Positions 50,988 through 61,071 of a DNA stretch of 64,000 nucleotides are shown piece after piece (position 1 is the stretch's first letter; each line of letters opens with the position of its first letter). A program made the position numbers and the translations under genes. The notes under the pieces are model-generated. The model was given only the letters and a program-made list of their open reading frames with translations, was not told the DNA's origin and ran no database searches. Origin of the DNA: Candidatus Caldarchaeales archaeon (GTDB lineage: Archaea; Thermoproteota; Nitrososphaeria_A; Caldarchaeales; Wolframiiraptoraceae); contig JBCNVN010000004.1 in assembly GCA_039630055.1 (NCBI GenBank), forward strand, positions 19,811-83,810, read 5' to 3'.

Positions 50988-51473
50988 TTATTTGGCTTCC
51001 AATGGTATTAAGACTTTGAGCTTAGATTCTTCTCCACGCATTACATGATAGCTTGGAGAACTAACCTGGCTATCTCCAATATATACGTGTCCATGAGTTA
51101 TTAGTTGTCTAGCTTGATGGATGCTTTTAGCATAACCCAGCCTAAATACGATCGTCTGGATCCTTCTCTCTAGTATATCTCTCACAGTCAACTTTAATAC
51201 ATCATCAGCTGTAGCATTTTCTTCGATCAGCCCCATCTTATACAATCTCTGGATAAGCCTACTCTCTTCCTGAACTCTTTTCTCCCCTGTTAACACGAAT
51301 AGAGATCTTGCTTGAGCTCTAATCTTCCTTAGTACGGTCTCAGCTCTCCATAGTTCTCGCTTATTCCTCAGACCATATTCTCCTAGGAGATGAAGTTCCA
51401 TAGATAATCTATCCGATTTCCAAGGATGTTTAGGAGTCTCATAACGTTTCCTAGGCCTCTTTGGATCGCCCAT
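50988..51473 (-). CDS. rps4: 30S ribosomal protein S4
   Basis: MGDPKRPRK..ETP.HPW, YGLRNKRELW and QARQLITHGH. Confidence 0.96.
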   Translation of the reverse strand: MGDPKRPRKRYETPKHPWKSDRLSMELHLLGEYGLRNKRELWRAETVLRKIRAQARSLFVLTGEKRVQEESRLIQRLYKMGLIEENATADDVLKLTVRDILERRIQTIVFRLGYAKSIHQARQLITHGHVYIGDSQVSSPSYHVMRGEESKLKVLIPLEAK

Positions 51474-51641
51474 CTCAGATACAATCCATATGAAGCTTCC
51501 TTATTAACTTCATCTAGACTATAAAAATTTGATGGGTTTTACTGTATAAACCGGGTTATTAGATATCTTGTTAATATTTCTACACAGTTTATGATTACAT
51601 GATAATCTATTAGAGCTACTTTACATCATAATTAAGAGAAT

Positions 51642-52916
51642 ATGAATGACCTTATCGAGAAGCTTTACCACTATATCTCACCTGAAGAAGCTTTGGAAAA
51701 GATAATTAGGAATATTAATCTGGTTCCAAGAGTGGAAGTGGTTGAGACTTATGAATCATGCGGCCGTGTATTAGCAGAAGATGTTAAATCACCTTATCCT
51801 ATCCCAAAGGATAACATTTCACATTATGATGGATATGCGGTGAAAAGTTCGGATACTCTAAAGGCATCTACAGTCAAACCAGTTAGATTGAAGATAGTTG
51901 GCAGAATAGATCTAACCTCAAATTATAATCTATCTATTGGAGGGGGAGAGGCTGTCTATGTAGTTACAGGCGCTAAAATCCCTGAAAATTCAGATGCAGT
52001 GATCCCAGTGGAAAGAGTTAGAATTTTGAAAGATTACATCGAGATAGTTAGACCGGTCAAGTATGGTGAGAATGTAACTTTTAGAGGGTCAGATGTAAAA
52101 GAGGGTGAGGTAATCTTGAAGAAGAGCCATATTCTTAGACCCCAAGATTTACGGTTTCTCCTAGATATAGGAAAGTTCAAGGTCAAGGTCTATGCTAAAC
52201 CTAGGATTTCATTAATGGGAGTTGGAGATGAATTAACAAATGATGTAAACCAATCGAATTATAAGAAGCTTGAAACATCTACTGTGATGATCTCAAGTTT
52301 TCTAAAGGAGTTTAACATAGACTCTACTAGGGTTGGGGTTGTTCAAGATTCGCCTCGACATATTCTAGAAACCGTTCTAAGCTCTCTAAGGAATAGTGAT
52401 GTTGTTGTAACAGTTGGAGGCGTCTCGCTTGGAGTAAAGGATCTCTGTTGGACGGAGCTGTCTAAGCATGAGGGAGCGATCCCGATTGCTAGAGGGTTAA
52501 GGATTCAGCCAGGTAGAGCTACTAGCATAGTCGTAATCGATGGTAAGCCTGTTATAATGCTTCCAGGACTTATTCAATCAACTATATGTGGAGTATACTA
52601 TATCTTATTACCTCTAGTATTTTACTTGCAAGGGTTACCGATGAAGAACGTTTTACCTGAAATATCAGCTGAATTAAGTGAAGAATTTTTTATAAGAGAG
52701 TATATATCTTTTAAGAGGATAAGATTTGTCAAGTTACTCAGAGATGGAGATCTTTTTATTGCAAAACCTGTTCAAGGAGATTCATCGATGATAGGTACCA
52801 TATTAAAGTCTGATGGCTTCATAGAAATACCTGAAGGTGTGGAGAGAATGGAACGAGGTGTTAAGGTAAAGGTAAGATTATTATCAATATCTCAACTTCT
52901 TCAACTTGATTTATAG
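51642..52916 (+). CDS. moeA: Molybdopterin molybdotransferase (divergent)
   Basis: GRVLAEDV, DGYAV, TGA..P...DAV, GDEL, GGVS.G..D and QPG. Confidence 0.85.
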   Translation: MNDLIEKLYHYISPEEALEKIIRNINLVPRVEVVETYESCGRVLAEDVKSPYPIPKDNISHYDGYAVKSSDTLKASTVKPVRLKIVGRIDLTSNYNLSIGGGEAVYVVTGAKIPENSDAVIPVERVRILKDYIEIVRPVKYGENVTFRGSDVKEGEVILKKSHILRPQDLRFLLDIGKFKVKVYAKPRISLMGVGDELTNDVNQSNYKKLETSTVMISSFLKEFNIDSTRVGVVQDSPRHILETVLSSLRNSDVVVTVGGVSLGVKDLCWTELSKHEGAIPIARGLRIQPGRATSIVVIDGKPVIMLPGLIQSTICGVYYILLPLVFYLQGLPMKNVLPEISAELSEEFFIREYISFKRIRFVKLLRDGDLFIAKPVQGDSSMIGTILKSDGFIEIPEGVERMERGVKVKVRLLSISQLLQLDL

Positions 52917-53077
52917 AATATTTTCAGAAAAATGAGAATAATATATTCTTCGTAATATTGTATTCTACTTATATGAAAATATCATTTCTAATCTCAGATG
53001 ATCCAAAAATAGTTATAACTCATAATGGGATCGAGAATGAGAAATATTAATATTAGAGAGTAGAAAATAGATATGCT

Positions 53078-53344
53078 GTGCCGTATATTAGGAAGGAGTA
53101 TAGAGATAGGCTTAATCCAAAGATAGATGCATTGATAGATGAGTTGAGCAAGGCGCCTCTGGAAGAACTTGACGGACAGTTAAATTATGTTATATTCCGG
53201 CTGCTTCTCCGCCTATATCCACCACGATACTTTAACTATAACAGGGCCATAGGTGTAATCTCATGCGTCCTCCAAGAATTCTATAGAAGACATGTAGCAT
53301 CATATGAAGATATTAAAATAGCTGAAACAGGAGATATTACTTAA
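53078..53344 (+). CDS. Small conserved hypothetical protein (DUF6899-like)
   Basis: MPYI...G.LNY...YN.AIGV..C...EFYRR....YED.K...GD pattern. Confidence 0.7.
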   Translation: MPYIRKEYRDRLNPKIDALIDELSKAPLEELDGQLNYVIFRLLLRLYPPRYFNYNRAIGVISCVLQEFYRRHVASYEDIKIAETGDIT

Positions 53345-53386
53345 TTATCAACCGATAGATAGACTGCCCAGTTAGAGAAGCGATAA

Positions 53387-55669
53387 TCAAGAAGAACCAG
53401 ATCTCTTATCTTTCTTCTTCAATTTTTCAGCCAATTCTCCCAGGACTTCATCAACCTTCTCCCCACTCATCTCTAATTTTCTGATAACCTCATCTAAGGT
53501 TACAACAGGTGCTTTCTTAATCTCTTCCTCTTCTATATCTTCATCTACTCTTTCCATTGAGGGTGATGGTTCAGATGGTAAAGGAATCATTATAGATGAT
53601 TCTCTTCGTCTTCTTAGAGATCTGATCACGGCTACAGCTACCAGAGATGTTGTAACCATAATAGTTAAAATGATTATTTGGAGAGAAGTCCATGAAAGAG
53701 GAATAGTTATGAAGATAGGTGAAGAGCTCTTTATATCAAACTCTCTCTGTATATGGTTATTCTGGTAGATAATGATGGCGATCAGATTTACCGATGGGAA
53801 TGGGCCGACATTATAAAGTTGACCATTATTATCGGTGACCCCCTCATATAGTAATCTACCATCTTCCGTCTTAACGATTATCCTTGCACCTTCGACAGGT
53901 AGCCCCAGATAGTCGGTAACCTTGAAAGAAGTCTTAAAGACCCTTACAAGTATTCTAATAGAGTAAGGTGAATTTTCTTCTATCTTTAATTCTTCCATGG
54001 ATTTTACATCAAATCCCTTCCATGTTGAGCTTATGATAATCCAGTCTCCAGTTCTCATCCATGTTTGAGAACTTGAAGAGACTTTTTTCACCTCCCCATC
54101 CTTATGTTTGATTACGAAGTCCACACCCTCAATAAACTCGTTATTCAATGAGATCGCTTGAAGGATGACTTTCTTTTCAATAGAGTATTCTGCGGTTACC
54201 TTCATGGGAGACTTGACTCCGTTGATGATGCATAGATCGTCTTGAACGATGCTACACCCTATCCACTTATCGAAAATCATCCTCGTGTAGTTATCTAGCG
54301 GTAAGATTCTGGGAGCTAGTATATCATATGTCTCATCTTCAAGTATCCATCGCTCCCTTTCTACGCCGGAATTTTTAGGTGTCTCGATAACTACCAGATA
54401 TTTCTTAACCCATATTGCTTTGATGATCAATGGCTCCCTTAGATTGGGAATTTCGATTATAGGGTTAGATGATATAATGCTCCCTGTCCATCCTTTAAAG
54501 ATTGTTTTTACACCATTTTCTATTTCTCTCTCAATGGGTGTGGCATTTATGATTAGATGGCTTCCTCTCTCTATCCACCCAGTCTTTTCTACGGTTATCG
54601 GATTCTCTGTCTCTATTGAGACCCAGTAGTAAACCCTCCAATCTGCTCTAGCTCTTACCGGTCCATCTATAAAGATATCCAGGATAGGGGTCGTCGAGGA
54701 TATCCCATTACTCCATCTATCAAAGACTATCTTAGTACTATTTGGCCAGATGACTTCATCTTGTATCTTATCAAAAATGAGTCTAGAACCATGCTCCATC
54801 CAATTATCGAGAAGTATCGGTTTGATATAGTTCGATTCCAGTAATACGTGATGATACTTTTTCCATACAGCTTGAATGACTATAGGTGAATAAACCTCAA
54901 TCTTGACAGGTCCATTAATGATTTCACGATCTTCATAATTTTCTGGTCGAAAGTCTATTATGAATCTCTCGAGCTCTACCTTCGTCTCCCCATCATTCAT
55001 ATAGATTACATCTTTTCCTGGCTCAATAGTGATTGTCTCACCTTCATTAAACCAGCCACTCTCAATATCTAGTGGATATTCAGAGACTATTTCAACATAG
55101 TATAATGTTCTCCAAACCGCTTTAGCTATTAGAGGCCTATCGAGCCTCTCGATATATATGTCTGCTTTTTCACTCTCTATATCTCCAGTCCATCTAGAGA
55201 AGATCTTTCTGATACCTTCTCCAAAATCCCAAATCTCTTGAATATCATATGCTACTAGAGAACCTCTATTTAACCAGTCTCTTATAATTTTGTAACCTGC
55301 ATCCAGCTCGATTAGATACTGTACTTGATATTTTGCAGTATATTCTTGAACGATAGTATCGTTCTTAGCGGTCACATTAAGAGTTGGATGAGTGCTGATA
55401 AGGGTCACACCTTCATACCATCCTTTGAAAACTATTCTAGTATTGTTACCATGGTATTCTAGAGATGTGTAGGGAATAGTACAGCTTACTTCTTGTCCAG
55501 CTAAGACTTCCACTTCACAATCAGAGATCTTAATCCTTTCACCTAGACCTGTATCGATATAGAAGATTATCCTTACCTTTTGCTGTTCAGAGGTAGCGGG
55601 ATCTATTATCGAGAACGCTATTAGAACTATCATGAAGATATGGAATAAGAGTTTAAATATCGTTCCCAT
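53387..55669 (-). CDS. Membrane-anchored cell-surface protein with tandem beta-rich repeats
   Basis: Signal peptide, about six repeats with F..W..G cores, a carboxypeptidase-regulatory-like domain (VTD..G.PVEGA...TD..G), a C-terminal TM followed by RRRR, and a charged tail. Confidence 0.8.
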   Translation of the reverse strand: MGTIFKLLFHIFMIVLIAFSIIDPATSEQQKVRIIFYIDTGLGERIKISDCEVEVLAGQEVSCTIPYTSLEYHGNNTRIVFKGWYEGVTLISTHPTLNVTAKNDTIVQEYTAKYQVQYLIELDAGYKIIRDWLNRGSLVAYDIQEIWDFGEGIRKIFSRWTGDIESEKADIYIERLDRPLIAKAVWRTLYYVEIVSEYPLDIESGWFNEGETITIEPGKDVIYMNDGETKVELERFIIDFRPENYEDREIINGPVKIEVYSPIVIQAVWKKYHHVLLESNYIKPILLDNWMEHGSRLIFDKIQDEVIWPNSTKIVFDRWSNGISSTTPILDIFIDGPVRARADWRVYYWVSIETENPITVEKTGWIERGSHLIINATPIEREIENGVKTIFKGWTGSIISSNPIIEIPNLREPLIIKAIWVKKYLVVIETPKNSGVERERWILEDETYDILAPRILPLDNYTRMIFDKWIGCSIVQDDLCIINGVKSPMKVTAEYSIEKKVILQAISLNNEFIEGVDFVIKHKDGEVKKVSSSSQTWMRTGDWIIISSTWKGFDVKSMEELKIEENSPYSIRILVRVFKTSFKVTDYLGLPVEGARIIVKTEDGRLLYEGVTDNNGQLYNVGPFPSVNLIAIIIYQNNHIQREFDIKSSSPIFITIPLSWTSLQIIILTIMVTTSLVAVAVIRSLRRRRESSIMIPLPSEPSPSMERVDEDIEEEEIKKAPVVTLDEVIRKLEMSGEKVDEVLGELAEKLKKKDKRSGSS

Positions 55670-55728
55670 CTACTCTTAGCTCTAAGCTTATCTATAAACT
55701 TCATCTATAAAATCTTTATCGTGTTTAT

Positions 55729-56115
55729 CTATTCTCTCCAACCTTCGAAAGTTATCCTTAAGTCTTTGTGAAAGATGAGAATTGGTATATTCTTTTTCCT
55801 TGCTTTTCTGATTATCTCAAGGTCTACTGTGGCTAGAGGGATCTTCAGCTCTTCTGCAGCTTTAACTATCTTCTCATCAACCGAGATCTCTCCGAGATAT
55901 CGTATTATTTTAAAATTAGAGGCTACTGCTAGAGCTACTCTCGCCATTCTAGACTTCTTCCCTCTACCTTTAGCGATGCCTTCAAGCTCTCTTATTACGT
56001 CTTCAAGAGTGTAAAGTTCTAGTTTTTCATCCAGTTCTTTCTCTGCTATCTCAATCAGATTTTTCCCCAGCTCTACGGAGAGCATAAGTAGGCTAGTATC
56101 TACCAATAACTTCAT
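55729..56115 (-). CDS. PIN-domain protein (Fcf1/Utp24-like)
   Basis: LVDTS, V..EL, VDE and AT.D; conserved position downstream of aIF2-gamma. Confidence 0.8.
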   Translation of the reverse strand: MKLLVDTSLLMLSVELGKNLIEIAEKELDEKLELYTLEDVIRELEGIAKGRGKKSRMARVALAVASNFKIIRYLGEISVDEKIVKAAEELKIPLATVDLEIIRKARKKNIPILIFHKDLRITFEGWRE

Positions 56116-56252
56116 CTAGATGATTTATAACGTCTACAAGATAAAAATCTACCTCGAACATACTATAATATAGTCTATCTCCCTTTTATTCACTATTTTC
56201 ACATATTAGAAATTTTTAAAATTATTTGTACGAGTGTCTCTAGAGTCTGGGT

Positions 56253-57494
56253 CTAAGTTATGATCCCGTAGCCTATAAGCCTCCATCCAGGCCCGATCTT
56301 TCTAGATATAGAAACTTTATCTCCTTTCTGTGCTACGATCGGTCTCGTCAACTTTATTTCAAGTTTATCTTTAGACCGATGCGTAACAACACCACTTGTA
56401 ACTGCTGAGTAGACGTTCAGTACTAGAGACTCTTTCTCATTTACTCCCGTAACCTCCATCCGTTCCTTCACTCCTACAACATACTTGAACAAAACATAAT
56501 CTAGATCTATAGTATCTAGTGTGGGAGGAAGTGTTCCTGGTTTTCCAGCTACATTCCCAGCCATCGCATCAGCTTTCGTCAAGCATGGATCCAGCTTGGT
56601 CTCGATTCCTGTTAATCCACCGCTCATAGCTTCTTCAACATCCCTACCTCCTGCTTTAATGTTGACTACCTCTGTTATTACAGATTCATACACCGAGCCT
56701 TGACCCTCCTCTGACGGTATTCCAGGAGCTATCTCTATTTCTTCTCCAATCCTTATCTTTCCTTGGATTATCGACCCTCCAATAACTCCACCTTTAATCT
56801 TGTCTCCAGGGGTGCCTGGAGGATTAACATCAAATGATCTTAGTATGGGCATTCTAAAGGGTTTGGAGAGGTCTCTTAAAGGTGTTGGAATAAACTTCTG
56901 GATCGCCCATAATAATAGATCTACCCCTGCTTTATGTTGTGCAGATACTGGGATTATTGGACAGCTCTCAAGCTTACTGTTCTTTAAGTATCTTTTAATC
57001 TCATCATAATTTTCGAGAGCTCTCTCCCTCGTTACAAGATCTATCTTATTCTGTGCGATAACTAGGTTATCTATATCCATTATGTAGACTGCTTGAAGAT
57101 GTTCACTATCTTGAGGTTGAGGAAATTCATGTCTTACATCTACTACGAATATTGCTCCATCGAATAATGCTGCTCCTGAAAGCATCGTAACCATTAATGA
57201 ATGATGTCCAGGGCAATCTATAAAAGATATGGATCTCTCAAAGATGGTCGCTGAACCACATCTTGGACATTTTTCTTCGACAGTATAGTTGAAGGGCTCT
57301 TCACATTTTGGGCATCGATATATTGGTGCATCAGCATAACCTATTCGGATGGTGATACCTCTCTTTAGTTCTTCTGAGTGGCGGGCGGGCCACACACCGG
57401 TAATAGCTTGGACTATAGTACTTTTACCATTATCTACGTGACCGAGCGTTCCAATATTGACCTCAGGCTGTTTCGGTAAAGCCTTCCCATACAT
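56253..57494 (-). CDS. eif2g: Translation initiation factor 2 gamma subunit
   Basis: QPEVNIG..GHVDNGKST, HSEELKRGITI, Zn-ribbon cysteines, DCPGH, QNKID and WRLIGYG. Confidence 0.95.
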   Translation of the reverse strand: MYGKALPKQPEVNIGTLGHVDNGKSTIVQAITGVWPARHSEELKRGITIRIGYADAPIYRCPKCEEPFNYTVEEKCPRCGSATIFERSISFIDCPGHHSLMVTMLSGAALFDGAIFVVDVRHEFPQPQDSEHLQAVYIMDIDNLVIAQNKIDLVTRERALENYDEIKRYLKNSKLESCPIIPVSAQHKAGVDLLLWAIQKFIPTPLRDLSKPFRMPILRSFDVNPPGTPGDKIKGGVIGGSIIQGKIRIGEEIEIAPGIPSEEGQGSVYESVITEVVNIKAGGRDVEEAMSGGLTGIETKLDPCLTKADAMAGNVAGKPGTLPPTLDTIDLDYVLFKYVVGVKERMEVTGVNEKESLVLNVYSAVTSGVVTHRSKDKLEIKLTRPIVAQKGDKVSISRKIGPGWRLIGYGIIT

Positions 57495-57726
57495 CTGACT
57501 CTCATTAATCTTTCTTCTTTATATGTATAGTCTTTAAGACTTTAAAATATGACATGGTACGAGTCGGTTTCAATTAACATTTTTAATATACTGCTCTTTC
57601 ACGAACTTATACTAAAAGTAATTATTCTTCTCAAACGATAGAAGTTGTTTGAGTTGTTCATGTGAGTAATCGTATAGATTAAATGGAAGCATTGACCAGC
57701 ATCTGCATGAGGTCTCTCCCTACATT

Positions 57727-58155
57727 TTAATATGTTTGAAGTTCTTCTTCGCTGAAAAAGATTCTAAACTCTCTGTTATATGATTCTACGCTATCAGAAG
57801 CATGAATAAGGTTGTCGGTTAACTCTATCGCTAGATCTCCTCTAATGGTTCCAGGCTCAGCGTGTATGGGGTCTGTTGCTCCAACAATCTTTCTAACAAC
57901 CCCGATAGCCCCCCTACCTTCTACCACCATCGCTACAACCCTTCTACCTTCCAGTGTTCTTACAAGATTTTCATAGAAATCTTTACCTCTATGAATACTG
58001 TAAAGTTCTTCAGCCATCTCTCTCCTCATCTTGAGGAACTTGATCTGCACGATTCTAAGCCCCTTCTTTTCAAATCTTCCAACTATCTCTCCTACCAGGC
58101 CTCTCTCTACACAGCTAGGCTTCAACATTATAAAGGTTCTCTCAACCTCTGGCAT
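57727..58155 (-). CDS. ndk: Nucleoside diphosphate kinase
   Basis: ERTFIMLKP, GATDP..AEPGTIRGD and NLIHASDS. Confidence 0.95.
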   Translation of the reverse strand: MPEVERTFIMLKPSCVERGLVGEIVGRFEKKGLRIVQIKFLKMRREMAEELYSIHRGKDFYENLVRTLEGRRVVAMVVEGRGAIGVVRKIVGATDPIHAEPGTIRGDLAIELTDNLIHASDSVESYNREFRIFFSEEELQTY

Positions 58156-58186
58156 GCATAAAAACTCTACAAACTATAATATAGAG

Positions 58187-59254
58187 TTAGAGTATTGTAC
58201 GCTGTCTACACCATTCATATAGAGGTCCGATTAGAACCTTCTCTGTATTCTTCAGCTCATCTATCCTACTCTTCCCTACAAGGTACATTGACGTCTTAAG
58301 CTCTAAGATTATTTTCTTAAGAAATTTCAAGACTGATTGAGCGCTCTCCATGGCTGGTTTGAGTAATGGTCTAGCTATTCCACCCATACTAGCACCTATG
58401 GCTATAGACTTAGCTATATCTAGACCGGTTCTTATACCGCCTGAGGCGACGACATCTATCTTGACGGCTGAAGATACTTCTATGATAGAGGCGGCTGTAG
58501 GTATTCCCCACTCGAGGAAGACATCTGCAAGCATCTTCTTCTCAAGGTTTCCCGCCCTCTCTGCTCTAATCTTCTCTACCAGTGTCCAGTTAGTTCCTCC
58601 CGCTCCAGCTACATCTATTGCTCTTACACCTATAGACTCCAATGATTTTGCGGCCCTCCTAGATATTCCACATCCAACCTCTTTGACTATAACCGGGACG
58701 CTTAATCGTTCTACCGCTTCACCTATAGCCTTCAATACTCCTCGAAAATTTGCAGAACCACCAACTTGAATCTGTTCTTGTAGACTATTTAAGTGAACTG
58801 CTAAAGCGTCTGCATCTATCATTTCAACAGCTTTCTCAGCGAGGTCTACCCCATCTCTCGCTAACTGTCCACCCCCGATATTGCCGATCAGAAATATATC
58901 TGGGGCCACGTCTTTAACGATTTTATAGGTTTGTCTGAGGGATTCTTTATAGATTGCTGCCCTCTGGCTTCCAACACCCATTGGGATTCCAAGCTCGGCG
59001 GCAGCCTCTGCAAGGTTTCTATTTATATCTAGTGCTTCTGGTGCGCCACCTGTCATACCTTCTATCAAGATCGGATAGTTAAATAGTCTTCCAAGAAATC
59101 TGGCTTCAAGTCTTATATCATCGATATTTAGCTCGGGTAATGGATTGTGTATCAATTCAACATACTCTAGCCAGGTAGACTTTTTCTTAAATTCTACATC
59201 TTCTTCAGCACATATTTTAATGTGATCTCTCTTTCTGGAGACTATTTCTCCCAT
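58187..59254 (-). CDS. fni: Type 2 isopentenyl-diphosphate isomerase
   Basis: RKRDHI, MTGG, GVGSQR, KEVGCG, GAGGTNW and SGGIR. Confidence 0.95.
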   Translation of the reverse strand: MGEIVSRKRDHIKICAEEDVEFKKKSTWLEYVELIHNPLPELNIDDIRLEARFLGRLFNYPILIEGMTGGAPEALDINRNLAEAAAELGIPMGVGSQRAAIYKESLRQTYKIVKDVAPDIFLIGNIGGGQLARDGVDLAEKAVEMIDADALAVHLNSLQEQIQVGGSANFRGVLKAIGEAVERLSVPVIVKEVGCGISRRAAKSLESIGVRAIDVAGAGGTNWTLVEKIRAERAGNLEKKMLADVFLEWGIPTAASIIEVSSAVKIDVVASGGIRTGLDIAKSIAIGASMGGIARPLLKPAMESAQSVLKFLKKIILELKTSMYLVGKSRIDELKNTEKVLIGPLYEWCRQRTIL

Positions 59255-59440
59255 TGTCTGAACTATAGATATAGATGTTTAATGATAAATATTTCTATAC
59301 CTAGCTAAACATGATTTGTTTAAGAGTAAAATAGTTTAATTATACTCTTTCCAAAATATGATACTACTGAAAGATATATGGCCTCTCAATCTTATAATCG
59401 ATAATCTACTCTTATTTCTCTACATGTCTTTACCTATGCC

Positions 59441-59830
59441 TCACCTCTGAGAGAGATATTTTCTGTACTCTGATAATCCTAATTTTAGAGTCGTCAAAGA
59501 TAAGATTGCACACTTTATTCTTGCTGGGCTTATAGGGACTCCTAGCATTCTAATGATATCCTCCTTCTGCATCTTCTCTACATCATCGATCTTTTTCCCT
59601 TTAACGTATTCTGTTAAGATGGAGGCGGAGGCTTGTGATATTACGCACCCCTCCCCCCTAAACCTAATATCTTCGATTACTCCATCATCGTTTAATTTTA
59701 ACTGAATCTCTATCACGTCACCACATAGCGGATTCCAATCTTTAACCTTTATATCTGGATTTTGAAGCTCTCCAAAATTTCTAGGAGACTTCCAGTGATC
59801 TAGAATTCTATCTTCATAGATCGAGCTCAT
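59441..59830 (-). CDS. sufU: SufU/IscU-type scaffold or sulfurtransferase
   Basis: PRNFG, NPLCGD, GCVISQAS and RIKCA. Confidence 0.9.
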   Translation of the reverse strand: MSSIYEDRILDHWKSPRNFGELQNPDIKVKDWNPLCGDVIEIQLKLNDDGVIEDIRFRGEGCVISQASASILTEYVKGKKIDDVEKMQKEDIIRMLGVPISPARIKCAILSLTTLKLGLSEYRKYLSQR

Positions 59831-61071
59831 TTAAAAATCTTCACCAGTCTCTGCAATGATTCTACAAATATGTCTACTTCTTCTCTAGTATTGTAGAAGT
59901 AGAAGCTTGCTCTCGCAGTTGCAGGAACGCCTAACTTCACCATTAAGGGCATACAACAATGGTGGCCTGATCTTATCGCTATCCCGTCTTCGTTCAGGAC
60001 CTGGGCAACATCATGGGCATGTATCATTCTACCATCGCTGAATACATTGAAAGATATGACTCCTCCCCTAATATTGATGTCATCATTTCCATAGACCTTG
60101 ACGGAGTCGATCTCATTAATTCTATCTAAAGCATATCTTGTTAATTCTTTTTCATGGTCTCGTATCTTCTCCATCCCAACCTTATTCAAGTAATCTATTG
60201 CTACACCGAATGCGATTGTATCTGCTATGTTAGGTGTACCGGTTTCAAACCTCCATGGAGGACCCTGAAATGTGGTCTCAGTTAGCTTAACCTCCTTTAT
60301 AATATCACTCCCAAGTAGGAGTGGCGGTGTCTTCTCTAAAAGCTCTTTCCTCCCATATAGGATCCCTACTCCAGTGGGGCCACACATCTTATGTGCGGAG
60401 AATGCGATGAAGTCTGCACCTATCTCTCTTACATCTATCGGCATGTGTGGAGCAGATTGCGCTGCATCAACCACAAATACTACACCATACTCATGACACA
60501 TTTCTCCAATCTCTTTTACAGGATTAATTGTTCCTAAGACATTTGAGACATGTGTCACTGAAACAATTTTTGTTCTATCTGTTAACAGCTTTTTATAGTC
60601 TTCTAATTTCAATGTATAATCTTTATTGATGTCAACGAATTTCAACTTTATACCTTTCTCTTGTAGTTTCTGCCATGGGACAAGATTGGAATGATGCTCC
60701 ATCACTGTTAGAATTACTTCATCGCCTTCTTTCAGATTGTTACCTGCATAAGACTGGGCAATAATATTTAATGCTTCGGTAGTATTTCTACAGTAAACGA
60801 TCTCTTCAGAAGAGTCTGCGTTGATAAACCTTCTAACCTTTTCTCTTACTCCTTCATATTCTCGGGTTGCCTCCTCGCTAAGATCATAAATTCCACGGTG
60901 AACATTAGCATTAAAATATTCATAATAGTGTTTTATCGCTTCTATCACGCATTTAGGTTTCTGGGATGTGGCCGCATTATCAAAGTATATTAATCGTTTT
61001 CCATTTATCCTTCTATTGAGGATCGGGAAGTCTTCTCTAACCCACTCTAAGCTGAGGAGCATCAAGCTCAC
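59827..61071 (-). CDS. sufS: Cysteine desulfurase SufS
   Basis: YFDNAATSQKP, ANVHRG, EHHSN, FSAHKM and RSGHHC. Confidence 0.95.
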   Translation of the reverse strand: MSLMLLSLEWVREDFPILNRRINGKRLIYFDNAATSQKPKCVIEAIKHYYEYFNANVHRGIYDLSEEATREYEGVREKVRRFINADSSEEIVYCRNTTEALNIIAQSYAGNNLKEGDEVILTVMEHHSNLVPWQKLQEKGIKLKFVDINKDYTLKLEDYKKLLTDRTKIVSVTHVSNVLGTINPVKEIGEMCHEYGVVFVVDAAQSAPHMPIDVREIGADFIAFSAHKMCGPTGVGILYGRKELLEKTPPLLLGSDIIKEVKLTETTFQGPPWRFETGTPNIADTIAFGVAIDYLNKVGMEKIRDHEKELTRYALDRINEIDSVKVYGNDDINIRGGVISFNVFSDGRMIHAHDVAQVLNEDGIAIRSGHHCCMPLMVKLGVPATARASFYFYNTREEVDIFVESLQRLVKIFK

